From positions 1,440,001 to 1,504,000 of the forward strand of contig CAWKMU010000003.1 in assembly GCA_963850905.1 (NCBI GenBank): DNA of 64,000 bases. Direction: 5' to 3'. The notes beneath the pieces are model-generated. The model saw nothing but the letters and a program-made list of their open reading frames with translations. It was not told where the DNA came from and made no database searches. How positions within the stretch are numbered: position 1 is the stretch's first letter; each line of letters begins with the position of its first letter. A program made the position numbers and the translations under genes. Shown one piece after another: positions 31,001 to 40,654 of this stretch. Source of the stretch: an uncultured Gemmatimonadales bacterium. GTDB lineage: Bacteria; Gemmatimonadota; Gemmatimonadetes; Gemmatimonadales; Gemmatimonadaceae.

Positions 31001-32413
31001 CTACACGGCCACGCGTTTCCACTGTCCTTGCCGGAAGAGGAGCGCGGCGACGACGGCGAGGGTCGAGAACGAGAGCGTGATGGCCAGGAAGATTCCGCGG
31101 GGCCCAGCGCCCAAAGGCACGGCCAGGACGTACGCGAGCGGGATCTGGAAAAGCCAGAAGATGGCGAAGTTGAGCACTGTGGGGGTCCAGGTGTCGCCGG
31201 CGCCGTTGAACGACTGGATCATGACCATCTCGTAGGCATAGAACGGGAATCCCGCCGCGACGATGCGGAGGCAACTCGCGCCTACGGCGAGCACCGCGGG
31301 ATCTTGCGTGAACAGTCCGACGATGGGCCGCGCCGCCACGATGAAGCCCAGCCCAACAGCGGTCAGGGCCGCGCAGTCGTAGAAAGCGGTCACCCAGACG
31401 GCTTGCTCCGCTCTCGCTGGCTGCCGCGCACCCAATGCCTGCCCGACCATCGTGGCCGCCGCGTTGCTCAACCCCCACGATGGCAGCAAGGCGAAGATGA
31501 TGATACGAATGCCAATCGTGTACCCCGCGAGCACGGTGCTCCCGAACGTGGCGGCGATCCGTACGAGTCCGATCCAGCTCGCCGTTCCGATGAACGTCTG
31601 GAGCGCTCCTGACACGGACAGGCGGAGGAGCCGGCCCATGACCGCCGGCTCGAGGCGGAGGTGGCGGCGGGCAACGGACACCCGCCCGCCTGGTCGCAGG
31701 AGGCGTGATGCCGCGAACACGACGCCGGTCCCACGGCCGATTGTCGTTGCGGTCGCTGCGCCGATCACACCGAGTCGAGGGAAGGGGCCGAGTCCGAAGA
31801 TCAGGCAGGGGCCCAGCACGATGTTGATGGCGTTGGCGAGCCACAGCACGCGCATGGCGATCGCCGCATCGCCTGCTCCGCGGAAGATGGCGTTCAGGAG
31901 AAAGAGCAGGAGAATCGTTCCGCTGCCGCCCAGCATGACGCGGGTGTAGCCGCTTCCGATCGCGAGCACGGAAGGCTCGGCACCCATGAGCGCGAGCAGC
32001 CGCGGCCCGAGGGTGACGCCGCCAACGACAAATATCCCGGCCGCGAGGATGCCTAATGCCACCGCCTGCACTGCGGTCCGAGCAGCTGCATCGCGGTCGT
32101 GCTCGCCGATGCGGCGCGCGACCATGGCGGTTGCTCCGACGGCCAGGCCGGCTGCGACCGCGTACAGCACGGCGAGCATCGACTCCGTGAGCCCGACGGT
32201 CGCCACCGCGTCCGCACCGAGCCGTCCGACGAAAAACACGTCGGTGACAGCAAACACGCTTTCGAGTGCCATCTCGAGCACCATCGGGACGGCGAGCAAG
32301 AGAATTGCTCGGCGCACGGACCCCTGCGTGAAGTCCTGCTGCGATCCGCGCATCGCCTCGATGACGAGGTGCCAAAACCCGTCCGGGGCTGGGCGGTCCG
32401 GCGGCGTCGCGAT
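31001..32413 (-). CDS. MATE family efflux transporter (possible ATC start at 32413; first ATG at 32353)
   Basis: LLAVPMVLEMALESVFAVTDVFFV, FRGAGDA and FNGAGDT motifs. Confidence 0.9.
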   Translation of the reverse strand: MATPPDRPAPDGFWHLVIEAMRGSQQDFTQGSVRRAILLLAVPMVLEMALESVFAVTDVFFVGRLGADAVATVGLTESMLAVLYAVAAGLAVGATAMVARRIGEHDRDAAARTAVQAVALGILAAGIFVVGGVTLGPRLLALMGAEPSVLAIGSGYTRVMLGGSGTILLLFLLNAIFRGAGDAAIAMRVLWLANAINIVLGPCLIFGLGPFPRLGVIGAATATTIGRGTGVVFAASRLLRPGGRVSVARRHLRLEPAVMGRLLRLSVSGALQTFIGTASWIGLVRIAATFGSTVLAGYTIGIRIIIFALLPSWGLSNAAATMVGQALGARQPARAEQAVWVTAFYDCAALTAVGLGFIVAARPIVGLFTQDPAVLAVGASCLRIVAAGFPFYAYEMVMIQSFNGAGDTWTPTVLNFAIFWLFQIPLAYVLAVPLGAGPRGIFLAITLSFSTLAVVAALLFRQGQWKRVAV

Positions 32414-32426
32414 CTCGTTCTCTCAG

Positions 32427-34187
32427 CTAATGGCCGGTTCCTGATGCCGGAGCAGTCGCTTCGCCTACGTCCCACACGATTCGTCCATCCAGGATCGTGA
32501 GCTCGCACTTCATGTCCTTGAGGGAATCGGTCGATACTGCGTACGGGTTGCGGTCCCAGACAGCGACATCGGCGCGCTTGCCTCGCTCCAGCGTGCCGAC
32601 GCGATCCTCGAGAAACAGCAAGCGGGCCGCCCAAGAGGTATAGGATCGGAGCGCAGCGTGGACGTCCACGGATTGCACCGTGCCGAAGGGTTGTGCGCCG
32701 TATGTCCCCTTGAGCGTCGTGCGTGCGATGGTGGCCCAGATCCCGTAGCGAGCGGGGAATGGCGTGACCGGATAGTCCGACCCGCCGCCCCAAGGGATGC
32801 CACGCGCGAGATACGTGTGAAACGGATTGAGGCGCTGTGCGCGCGCCGGACCAAAATTCCCAGCGTATGTGTCGCCAATCCACCATATGAATGGGGCCTG
32901 CGACTCGGGGTACGCCGCATCGTACCGTTTCTCGAGCGCGGCCATCGTTTCGATCGCGTGATCGGTGGGGATGTTTGCGTGGATAACGGTGTGTCTGAGA
33001 CCGCGGGTGGGTGTTTCGCGGAGCACCGCCGCGTACGTATCGACTACCCAGTCGATCGCACGATCGCCGATGGCGTGTGTCCCGACGTTGATCCCCGCGC
33101 GGTGGAACATGCGGACCATCTGTCGATATACGGCGGTATCCGTCGTTGGATATCCGTAATTGCCGGAGTCCACGGCGGTCGAGTTCTTGTGCCATGGATC
33201 GTACACCCATGCGGTACGGGCGCCACCGCTGCCGTCCATGTAGATCTTGGCGCCGCCAGCGAACAGCAGTCCGTTGCCCAGCGAGGCCGGAGGGCGGGGG
33301 AGCGCCGATAAGCGCGTCAGTACTTCCCGGGCGGATTCCACGCTCTCTCCAGCGTGCAACAGCGCGAACACTCGTTCGTGCAGGTTGCCCTCGTCGAGCA
33401 GCGAGCGGTACGCCTCCCAGAGCTCGGGCCGCGTATCCGCCTCCTTAATCGAAGTCATCCCCTCGCGGTGCAACTCGTCGATCGCCGTGAGAATGCTTCG
33501 CTTGATCTGTTCCTGCGAGAATGGTGGCACGTGGCTCTGGACGAGCGTCTGTGCCGCCTCCTTGAGCACGCCCGTGAGCTCGCCGTCCGCGGCGCGGTCA
33601 ATGGTCCCCGCCGCCGGGTTCGAGATCTGCCTGGTGATCCCGGCCAGTCGGAGGGCATAGCTGTTCGCCACACCGTAGTGACCCGTCGTGTGCTCCAACC
33701 ACACGGGATTGTTCGGAGTCGCCGCGTCGAGGTCCGTCGCGTAAATGTAACGGTGTTCGGCGAGCTTCCCCTCGTCCCACCCCTCGCCGAGCACCCATTC
33801 GCCCGGTTTGCGGGTCGCGACGGCGGCGCTGATGCGCCGCACGACCTCCTCGACGCTGGCGGCATCGCTCAGATCCACGTGGAAGAGCTGCGCGGCCCCT
33901 CCGTCCGCAAAATGGCCATGCGAGTCGATGAGTCCCGGGGTGGCTGCTCGTCCGTGAAGATCGATCACACGGGTGCCTGATCCCCGGTAGCCAAGCACCT
34001 GGTCCGTCGTTCCGATCGCCACGATCTCCTGGTGGCGGATGGCGAGCGCCTCCCTGACATGGTCCGCGGAATCCATGGTCAGGATCGCGCCGTGAACCAG
34101 AATGAGATCAGCCGGCGTAGTCGTCTGTCCCATGGCGGCGGACGCGAGCAGCAGTGCAGCGGCGCTCTCGAAGAGAATGGTGCGCAT
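32427..34187 (-). CDS. Secreted amidohydrolase 3 family (YtcJ-like) protein
   Basis: PGLIDSHGH, KIYMDGS, HAIGDRA, GSDYP and GKRADVAV motifs. Confidence 0.9.
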   Translation of the reverse strand: MRTILFESAAALLLASAAMGQTTTPADLILVHGAILTMDSADHVREALAIRHQEIVAIGTTDQVLGYRGSGTRVIDLHGRAATPGLIDSHGHFADGGAAQLFHVDLSDAASVEEVVRRISAAVATRKPGEWVLGEGWDEGKLAEHRYIYATDLDAATPNNPVWLEHTTGHYGVANSYALRLAGITRQISNPAAGTIDRAADGELTGVLKEAAQTLVQSHVPPFSQEQIKRSILTAIDELHREGMTSIKEADTRPELWEAYRSLLDEGNLHERVFALLHAGESVESAREVLTRLSALPRPPASLGNGLLFAGGAKIYMDGSGGARTAWVYDPWHKNSTAVDSGNYGYPTTDTAVYRQMVRMFHRAGINVGTHAIGDRAIDWVVDTYAAVLRETPTRGLRHTVIHANIPTDHAIETMAALEKRYDAAYPESQAPFIWWIGDTYAGNFGPARAQRLNPFHTYLARGIPWGGGSDYPVTPFPARYGIWATIARTTLKGTYGAQPFGTVQSVDVHAALRSYTSWAARLLFLEDRVGTLERGKRADVAVWDRNPYAVSTDSLKDMKCELTILDGRIVWDVGEATAPASGTGH

Positions 34188-34225
34188 GGGCTCAAGCTAG
34201 GAGCGTCGGGCGGATTGGCAACGGC

Positions 34226-34335
34226 AGGACGCTGGACGTTAGACGTTGGACGTTGGAAAACAAACCTCGGGGCCAGCAATGTTGCCGGCCCCGAGGTGTC
34301 TTCCAACGTCTAGCGTCCAGCGTCTAACGTCTAGC
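34226..34335. repeat. Heptamer-armed palindromic element, copy 3
   Basis: AGGACGC TGGACGT TAGACGT TGGACGT TGGAAAACAAACCTCGGGGCCAGCAATGTTGCCGGCCCCGAGGTGTCT TCCAACG TCTAGCG TCCAGCG TCTAACG TCTAGC. Confidence 0.92.
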
Positions 34336-34338
34336 CCC

Positions 34339-35250
34339 TCAATGACAACTCCCGCCCACGATGTTCCCCCGCCACAGATCGACCATGCAGGTCGTCGACG
34401 GCGCGCCAATGATCGACTCGTTGTACGTCTCGAGCGTCGCGAACTGGCTGCCCTGCCCCAATGCCGTAGTGGCGAAGGTCAGGACCAGGCGCAGGTTGTA
34501 CGTCTTCGACTCGGTCTGGTCTCCGGTCACCTCGAGGGTATCGCTCAACCAGCGAGTCCACGTCCCGCCCAGCGGAAAGCAGTTGCCGTGACCATTGCTC
34601 GCGATGGAGACATTGGTCGTGGTATCGTAGGCCAGCCATCTGTGCATCCGCTGTTCGTGTGTGCTCTTGAAGAAGACGGAGTCGAACGACGTGGCACTGC
34701 CGCTCCACATGTGCGTCGGCGCCGTAGACAGCAGCATGTTGTTGCCCGGCAGGCGCGTCCCGGCTACAGTGTCGGCTCTCGTGCCGCGGTGGCGACCAGT
34801 CCACTCATGCCAGTCATCGTTGAAATCGCCGCTGAACACCGAAGTCGTTACCACGCGATTCGTGGAATCGGTCACGTAGCGTCGTTCGCAGCCAGCTTCC
34901 GAGAAGAACTGCCACGACCGTGCATACGAGATCGTGTCGGTCGGATCCTTCGAAGGAAAGGTCCGCACGTGACCAATGGAATCGGTCGGGCAGCTGGAGT
35001 TGCTTGCCACGATACCGGGCGGGAGGCTGCCCGCAAGACCGACATCCGCTTCGCTCTGTTGATAGTCGGCGACGACAGCGCCAACCTCGTTGGCCAACAC
35101 GCTGGCCACGTCCTGCGAGATTTGGACGCCGACGGTATTGGCCGTCACCGCTGGCGCGGTTGCGTGGTCGGTCCCGACGCCATTACTGCACGCCACGAGC
35201 GCAATGGTCGCGCTCGAGGCGATTGCCAGGGTCAGAGTACGGTGCGCCAC
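34339..35250 (-). CDS. Hypothetical lipoprotein
   Basis: GGAGGT RBS and GTG start; lipobox LVAC; Thr-rich beta body with several Cys. Confidence 0.75.
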   Translation of the reverse strand: MAHRTLTLAIASSATIALVACSNGVGTDHATAPAVTANTVGVQISQDVASVLANEVGAVVADYQQSEADVGLAGSLPPGIVASNSSCPTDSIGHVRTFPSKDPTDTISYARSWQFFSEAGCERRYVTDSTNRVVTTSVFSGDFNDDWHEWTGRHRGTRADTVAGTRLPGNNMLLSTAPTHMWSGSATSFDSVFFKSTHEQRMHRWLAYDTTTNVSIASNGHGNCFPLGGTWTRWLSDTLEVTGDQTESKTYNLRLVLTFATTALGQGSQFATLETYNESIIGAPSTTCMVDLWRGNIVGGSCH

Positions 35251-35477
35251 GAGATACCTCCTCCGTGTGCGAGCGCCAGCGGGCGCGCGTGCGTTCGGCA
35301 AACGCCGCCTCAGAGCGGCGGCAATCGTCGAGTTGACCCCTTTGCCAGCCGGTCAACTCCTGTCTATAAGACGATCTGGCGTGCCTTGGGGGCAAACTCG
35401 CGTGCGTCCGAGACAGCCGTCGCGTGAGTATCGCTGTCCAAAAGTGTGACAGCGATCTCCCGATTGCGCGCCGGCGA

Positions 35478-38372
35478 TCAGAAGTGCAGGTCGAGGTTCA
35501 GGAAGATGCTGCGCGCGGGAGGATAGGGAGCGAGCTCGACTCCGCGGACGGGGGTGAGTCCGCTGGACACGCTGACTTCGGGATCCAACCCGTTGTACGA
35601 TTTGCCATACCACGCGAGGAGATTGCGACCTTCGAGCGATAAACTCGCCCCCGAGAAGTGCACGGGTCCGGCCCACTGTGTCCACGCCTGTGGCAACTCG
35701 TAGGTCAGGCTCAACTCGCGCAGCTTGACGAAGGTGGCCGGCTGCAGATAGCTGTATGGATTCCCGGCGGTGTACGCCGCGTAACCCGTTCGAGAGGCGG
35801 TCGTGTCGGCCAATAGGCTGGGACCACCCGCAAACATGAAATCGGTCACGTTCGCGACGGTGCCGCCCCAATGCCAGTCCAGGAGGCCGTACAATCGCAA
35901 CCGCTTCCACGTGAGCTCCTGCGATCCGGTGACGACGAACGACGGCTCGTAGTCGCCGACTTGCAGTGGCCCGTTCGCCGTGGCGACTCCGGGAGCGACG
36001 ATCTGCGACATGGACCGACCCTGCTGCAGCTCGGCCTCCGTGCCCGGCCCAAAAACGTCGGGGAGGGTGGCCGGCAGCGCCGGCATCGAGTTCACGACGC
36101 TGTAGTTGCGATAGAATGTCGCACCCGACGTCCAGCTGAAGCCGTTCGACAGCTGTACGGGCGTCGCGGTCACGGCGAGCTCGACGCCGGAGTTCGTGAA
36201 CGCACCGCCATTGAACTGCGTCGTCGTCGCGCTCTTCCCGGAGCCAATGGTGCCGAGCAGCAGTGCATTCGAGATGTGCTTTTGGTATACCGTCGCCGAC
36301 AGCTGTGCGCGGGATCGCAGCATGGTGACATCGAAACCAAGCTCCGTTTCCCGCTCCGCTTCAGGCGTGAGGGTCGAAGCCGGCCCACTGCTACCGGCCG
36401 GATCGAAGGTCGGATACGGGACCGCATTTCCCGACTGGCCGTACGCGGCGCGCAGCTTGATGTCGTCGACGAGGCTGCCGAACAATGGGAGGTGATAGGA
36501 CCCGGCGAAGCGCGGGTACGTATACAGCTTGTTGATGTTGGCGTTGGCGGTCGAGCGTTCGGCAGTGAGGCCGCCCGTAACCGTGAGCTTCGAGGCGAGG
36601 GTGATGAGCTGTTCTTGGCCGTAGAACAGCTGATCCATTTGGGTCGCTTGGTACGAGTACAGGATCTGTAACTGCCCGGAAGGGGGCGCGGTCGAGACCA
36701 ATCCGCTTGTCACCTCGATCGGATTCGTCACGTTGCGATAATCCGTCGAGAGGCCCGCCAATGTGGTCAGGTCCAGGTTCGAAGAGGCGGTTATGTGGTG
36801 GACGAGGTTGACCGCGTAGTTGGAGTAGTTGCTCACGGCATGGTTGGTGACCGCGGTGCCTGGGAGCAATTGGCTCGCTTCCTCCTCCAACGTCGCGGGC
36901 GCGAGCAGGAGGTCGTGGAGATTGGAGCGATCCACGCCTCCGAGCACGCTGAGACGGAGGCTTTGGCGCTCAGTCGTCCACAGCGCATAGCTCGCGCTAC
37001 CGCCTCCGATGAACCGCGAGAGGGCTTGTGGAGTCTGAACCTGCGACGCGTCCGCAAAGGGATTGGCCGGCCCGAAGGGATTGACCGGCCAGTTGCCGTC
37101 GGGCCTCTGCTGGTCGAGGGCAAGGAACTGCGGGGTGTAGGACAAGACACCGTAGGGCGACAGCTGCGGGTTGTCGGCACCACTCACGCCCCGTCGAGTC
37201 TCGTCATGGATGTAGTTGGCGTTCAGCGAGACTGAGAGCACGGCATTCAAGCGCTGCGTGACGTTGGCACGCACTGCCTGCTTGGTGTAGCCGGTATTGA
37301 TCGTCGTGCCGTTGTCATCTTTGACGAGGCCCGACGCGTAGTACTGCGTGCCGCCCTGTGTCCCACCCACATTGAGGTCCGACTCGTACGATACTCGCCC
37401 GCTGCCGAACAGCGCGCCCTGATAGTTCTGGGGTCCAGCGAACAGCGACGCGATCTGCGCGTTGTCTGCGAGGATGGCGCTGCCGGTATCGTGCTTGACG
37501 TCCTCCGCGTACCACGTCTGCGCACTGGCCAGCGTGGGGAATGAACGGAGCGAGAGCGTATTGGCGTCGCGGAATTCGCCGACCTTCTCGGAGAGGTTCC
37601 AGCGCGGCTTGCCCGGCGTGCCCTTCTTGGTCGTGATGATGATGACGCCGGATGACGCCCGCGAGCCGTAGATCGCCGCGGACGATGCCCCCTTGAGGAC
37701 CTCGACGCTCGCGATGTCCTCGGGATTCAGATCGCTCACCCGGTTCACGCCGAGCCCGGGATCCGTCGTCTCATTGTTCACGACGACACCGTCGACAACG
37801 TAGAGCGGTGAGCCACTCGCATTGATTGAGGTGACGCCGCGGATCTGGACCTGGACCCCGCCCCCGGGGGCGCCGCCATTGTTCTGCTCGAAGAGCGCCC
37901 CCGGTACCTGACCCTGGAGCGCCGTCTCCACCGTCGGGGCCGTGGTCTCGTTCAGCTCCTGACCCGGCACGACGGCCACCGCGCTGGCGGCGCTCGCGGC
38001 ACTCACCGTGGTCGCGAGACCCGTGACCACCTGTGCCTCGAGACGGAAGACATCCTTGCGCAGGACGATGGTGTAGTCGGTCCGGTCGGCGGCGAGCAGG
38101 ATCCGCGCGGTCAGGAAACCCGTCGCGCGGACGGTGAGGATCCTGGCCGACGCGGGCCGATTGAAGGCGAACGCGCCATTGTCGGCCGTCAAGCTATTGA
38201 CCGTGTCGGCGCTCACCGCGACTGTCGCGGCGCTCACTGGCGTATCGTCTGCTTCGCTGACGACGTGTCCGGTGATTCGACCCTGGCCGTACGCCACTGT
38301 CCCATGGCTGACCAGCAGAAAGCCGGCAGCGAGCATGGGCAGGCGTGCGGCCCATCCAGTCGGATGCGCCAT
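35478..38372 (-). CDS. SusC/RagA-like TonB-dependent outer membrane receptor
   Basis: N-terminal carboxypeptidase-regulatory-like domain; PLYVVDGV and DLNPEDIASVEVLKGASSAAIYGSRASSGVIIITTKKG signature; C-terminal Phe. Confidence 0.9.
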   Translation of the reverse strand: MAHPTGWAARLPMLAAGFLLVSHGTVAYGQGRITGHVVSEADDTPVSAATVAVSADTVNSLTADNGAFAFNRPASARILTVRATGFLTARILLAADRTDYTIVLRKDVFRLEAQVVTGLATTVSAASAASAVAVVPGQELNETTAPTVETALQGQVPGALFEQNNGGAPGGGVQVQIRGVTSINASGSPLYVVDGVVVNNETTDPGLGVNRVSDLNPEDIASVEVLKGASSAAIYGSRASSGVIIITTKKGTPGKPRWNLSEKVGEFRDANTLSLRSFPTLASAQTWYAEDVKHDTGSAILADNAQIASLFAGPQNYQGALFGSGRVSYESDLNVGGTQGGTQYYASGLVKDDNGTTINTGYTKQAVRANVTQRLNAVLSVSLNANYIHDETRRGVSGADNPQLSPYGVLSYTPQFLALDQQRPDGNWPVNPFGPANPFADASQVQTPQALSRFIGGGSASYALWTTERQSLRLSVLGGVDRSNLHDLLLAPATLEEEASQLLPGTAVTNHAVSNYSNYAVNLVHHITASSNLDLTTLAGLSTDYRNVTNPIEVTSGLVSTAPPSGQLQILYSYQATQMDQLFYGQEQLITLASKLTVTGGLTAERSTANANINKLYTYPRFAGSYHLPLFGSLVDDIKLRAAYGQSGNAVPYPTFDPAGSSGPASTLTPEAERETELGFDVTMLRSRAQLSATVYQKHISNALLLGTIGSGKSATTTQFNGGAFTNSGVELAVTATPVQLSNGFSWTSGATFYRNYSVVNSMPALPATLPDVFGPGTEAELQQGRSMSQIVAPGVATANGPLQVGDYEPSFVVTGSQELTWKRLRLYGLLDWHWGGTVANVTDFMFAGGPSLLADTTASRTGYAAYTAGNPYSYLQPATFVKLRELSLTYELPQAWTQWAGPVHFSGASLSLEGRNLLAWYGKSYNGLDPEVSVSSGLTPVRGVELAPYPPARSIFLNLDLHF

Positions 38373-38524
38373 CGGTACACCTCTCGAGGCATGCGTCGCG
38401 CAAGAGGCGCCGACCCTCGGTGTACAGACCGCGCGCCAACGATCGGCAGTACCGGCACCGCGACATCCACCGGCCACCGAATTTTCGCTCCATCATAGAG
38501 ACGGGGCGGTGGTTGTCAATTCGG

Positions 38525-38664
38525 GAGATGCTGGACGCTAGACGCTGGACGTTAAATGCTGCAGAACAAACCTCGAGGCCAGCTGGATGTACCGTGGCTG
38601 GCCCTCGAGGTTTGTCTCTAGCGTCCAACGTCCAACGTCCAGCGTCCAGCGTCTAGCGTCTAGC
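38525..38664. repeat. Heptamer-armed palindromic element, copy 4 (longest)
   Basis: Five left heptamers, ACAAACCTCGAGGCCAGC-TGGATGTACCGTG-GCTGGCCCTCGAGGTTTGT core, seven right TCYARCG units ending flush with the stop at 38665. Confidence 0.93.
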
Positions 38665-39693
38665 TCAGCGCAGCGGCGCCGCCAATGGCTGTCTAGGCGT
38701 GCCGCCACCACCAATGCTCTCCGCGGAATTGTTGGTGATGACGGCGAGATACGGCGAGATTCGAAAGAGGTCGTTTCGGATATCGGTGAGCTCTGGCATT
38801 CCTGCCGCAGCGTCCTCGGCCAAGAACGCCACGTCGGACCCACCCGAGTCATTGATGTACGCACCGTAGTCCTGCAAGCAGTGCGCGAACGCCAAGCCGG
38901 CCGGTGTCAGGCCAAGCGTGGTGACATCGACCGTCGGCACGATTGCCACGAGTGCTCCGATCGGCAGGTTTCCGCCGTAGCATGACGGCGTCTGGTACGC
39001 ACACCAGTCGTCCGCCACAGCGGGCCAGACGGGACCCACTTTGAGGCGCGAGGGGGACAGCACGACCGTCGTGGCGTGCGGAATGTGCAGATTCTCGAGC
39101 TCATCGACGCGAATCAATCCACCCATACCGAGCAACATGAGATCGTGCACGGCCGACGTGCCATACAACTTGGCGCCGTCACCATAGAGATCGACCTGAT
39201 ATCCGCGGACCGCGGAGATGCTGCCGTCGGAGTTGATCGCCGCGCCATAGAGCTCGGTCGAGTAGCTGTGCGTGGGGTCGACAATCGCCAAATGCGCGTC
39301 ACTCGACGGGTCCGGTCGCATGCTCGCCAATGCGTGGATTTGCCACGGTCCCTCGTTCGGCTGTCCCTGTGCCCCTTCCTGGGTCGTGACGGTGACGACG
39401 GGATCCGAGGACGAAGCCAGATACGCCGCCTCGCTCCACATCCCGGAGTTGAGCACCGCAACTCCGGATCGTAGGTCGACGGTCATCGGGTCGGAGTCCG
39501 GGGAATACTGGGCGCCGCTGCCGATCGGCATGTTCCAGATCGACGTCCGCGTGAACGGCTGCACCCATGGGTCACGTCCGCTCGCTTCGGTCGGCGCGGT
39601 AGGGGCGCTGGCGGACGGCGGATTCGTGGCGCTGCAGCCGAGTGTCCCGCCAACCAGCACAGCAACGAGGCAACGACCCGCCGCGACTCGCAT
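38665..39693 (-). CDS. Hypothetical lipoprotein
   Basis: Lipobox TLGC; QPFTRTSIWNMPIGSGA, GGLIRVDEL, IPHA and LQDYGAYIND look like conserved blocks of an uncharacterised family. Confidence 0.75.
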   Translation of the reverse strand: MRVAAGRCLVAVLVGGTLGCSATNPPSASAPTAPTEASGRDPWVQPFTRTSIWNMPIGSGAQYSPDSDPMTVDLRSGVAVLNSGMWSEAAYLASSSDPVVTVTTQEGAQGQPNEGPWQIHALASMRPDPSSDAHLAIVDPTHSYSTELYGAAINSDGSISAVRGYQVDLYGDGAKLYGTSAVHDLMLLGMGGLIRVDELENLHIPHATTVVLSPSRLKVGPVWPAVADDWCAYQTPSCYGGNLPIGALVAIVPTVDVTTLGLTPAGLAFAHCLQDYGAYINDSGGSDVAFLAEDAAAGMPELTDIRNDLFRISPYLAVITNNSAESIGGGGTPRQPLAAPLR

Positions 39694-39864
39694 GGGATCC
39701 GATGGCAGCGGGGAAGGGTGGACGCGCCTGCCGAATATTGCCCACCACACTACCGCAACGCTACAAATGTCCCACATTTGGTTCGGTCGGGCATGGACGG
39801 GTCGTGCGAGATTCCCCTGACCGCGCAATGGTGCTCGAAACGTCTACTTCAAGCCGGAGCATTT

Positions 39865-40630
39865 GTGCCTTTATCCCTGCGGATCCGTCGAGGCCGCCTC
39901 GGAGACGCCGCGATCGTGGTGGTGGCCATCAGCATCGCAATGCCGTCCGGGGTCTTCGCTCAGTCGTTTCCGAGCTCGGGCGAGGCTGTCATCGGTGCCA
40001 TGCATCAGCGCTACGCCGATACGTGGTATGAAACGGTAGCGTTCACTGAGACGGCGACGCGCCGCACGCCCGCGGATACCATGGTGACCGAGACGTGGAA
40101 GGAGGCACTCCTCATCCCCGGTCGGCTGCGCATCAATGTCGAGGGGTCAAACCCCAAGCTCTCCTACATTTGCCGGGGAGACTCATTCTACATCGCGCAT
40201 GGCGACAGCGTCACACGACTCTCGCGCCGTAATCTCCTGCTGCTCATGGGATTCGAATGTCTATCGGCAGCCGGTCCAGGAGACAGTGGCGGCGCTCCGG
40301 GCGCTGCATTTCGCGCTGTCGTCAGTGCGTACCGATACGTGGGAGGGACGGCAAGTCTACGTGATCGGTGCGGCGAAGGGTGACCTGCACTCCAGGCAGC
40401 TCTGGATCGACCAGGATCGCCTGCTCTTCATGCGGATGCTCCAGCCCAACGACAAAGACAGCACGAAGACGGATGACGTTCGCTTCGACAATTACAAACT
40501 CGAGCCGCACGGCTGGATCTCCGAGACTGTCGTCGAAACGACGGATGGCAAGCTGACGCTCAGGGAGGAATACGCCAACGTGCACATCAACGCTCGCCTC
40601 GACCCGGCAATGTTCGTGCCGCCAACATAG
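39865..40630 (+). CDS. Secreted hypothetical protein, paralog of 28234..29019 (apparent +1 frameshift at ~40256)
   Basis: GGAG RBS and GTG start. LLMGF-(shift)-VYRQ matches the paralog's LIMGFDVYRQ after removing one A. Confidence 0.8.
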
Positions 40631-40654
40631 GGGCGAGTTGCGGCCACACACACC

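Noticed and set aside
38194..38985. Short ORFs containing RRWTLDVGRW / SSVQRLASNVQRP peptides (also near 17219, 34079, 34246 and the 41713 extension)
   Set aside because: These are translations of the heptamer arms, not proteins.
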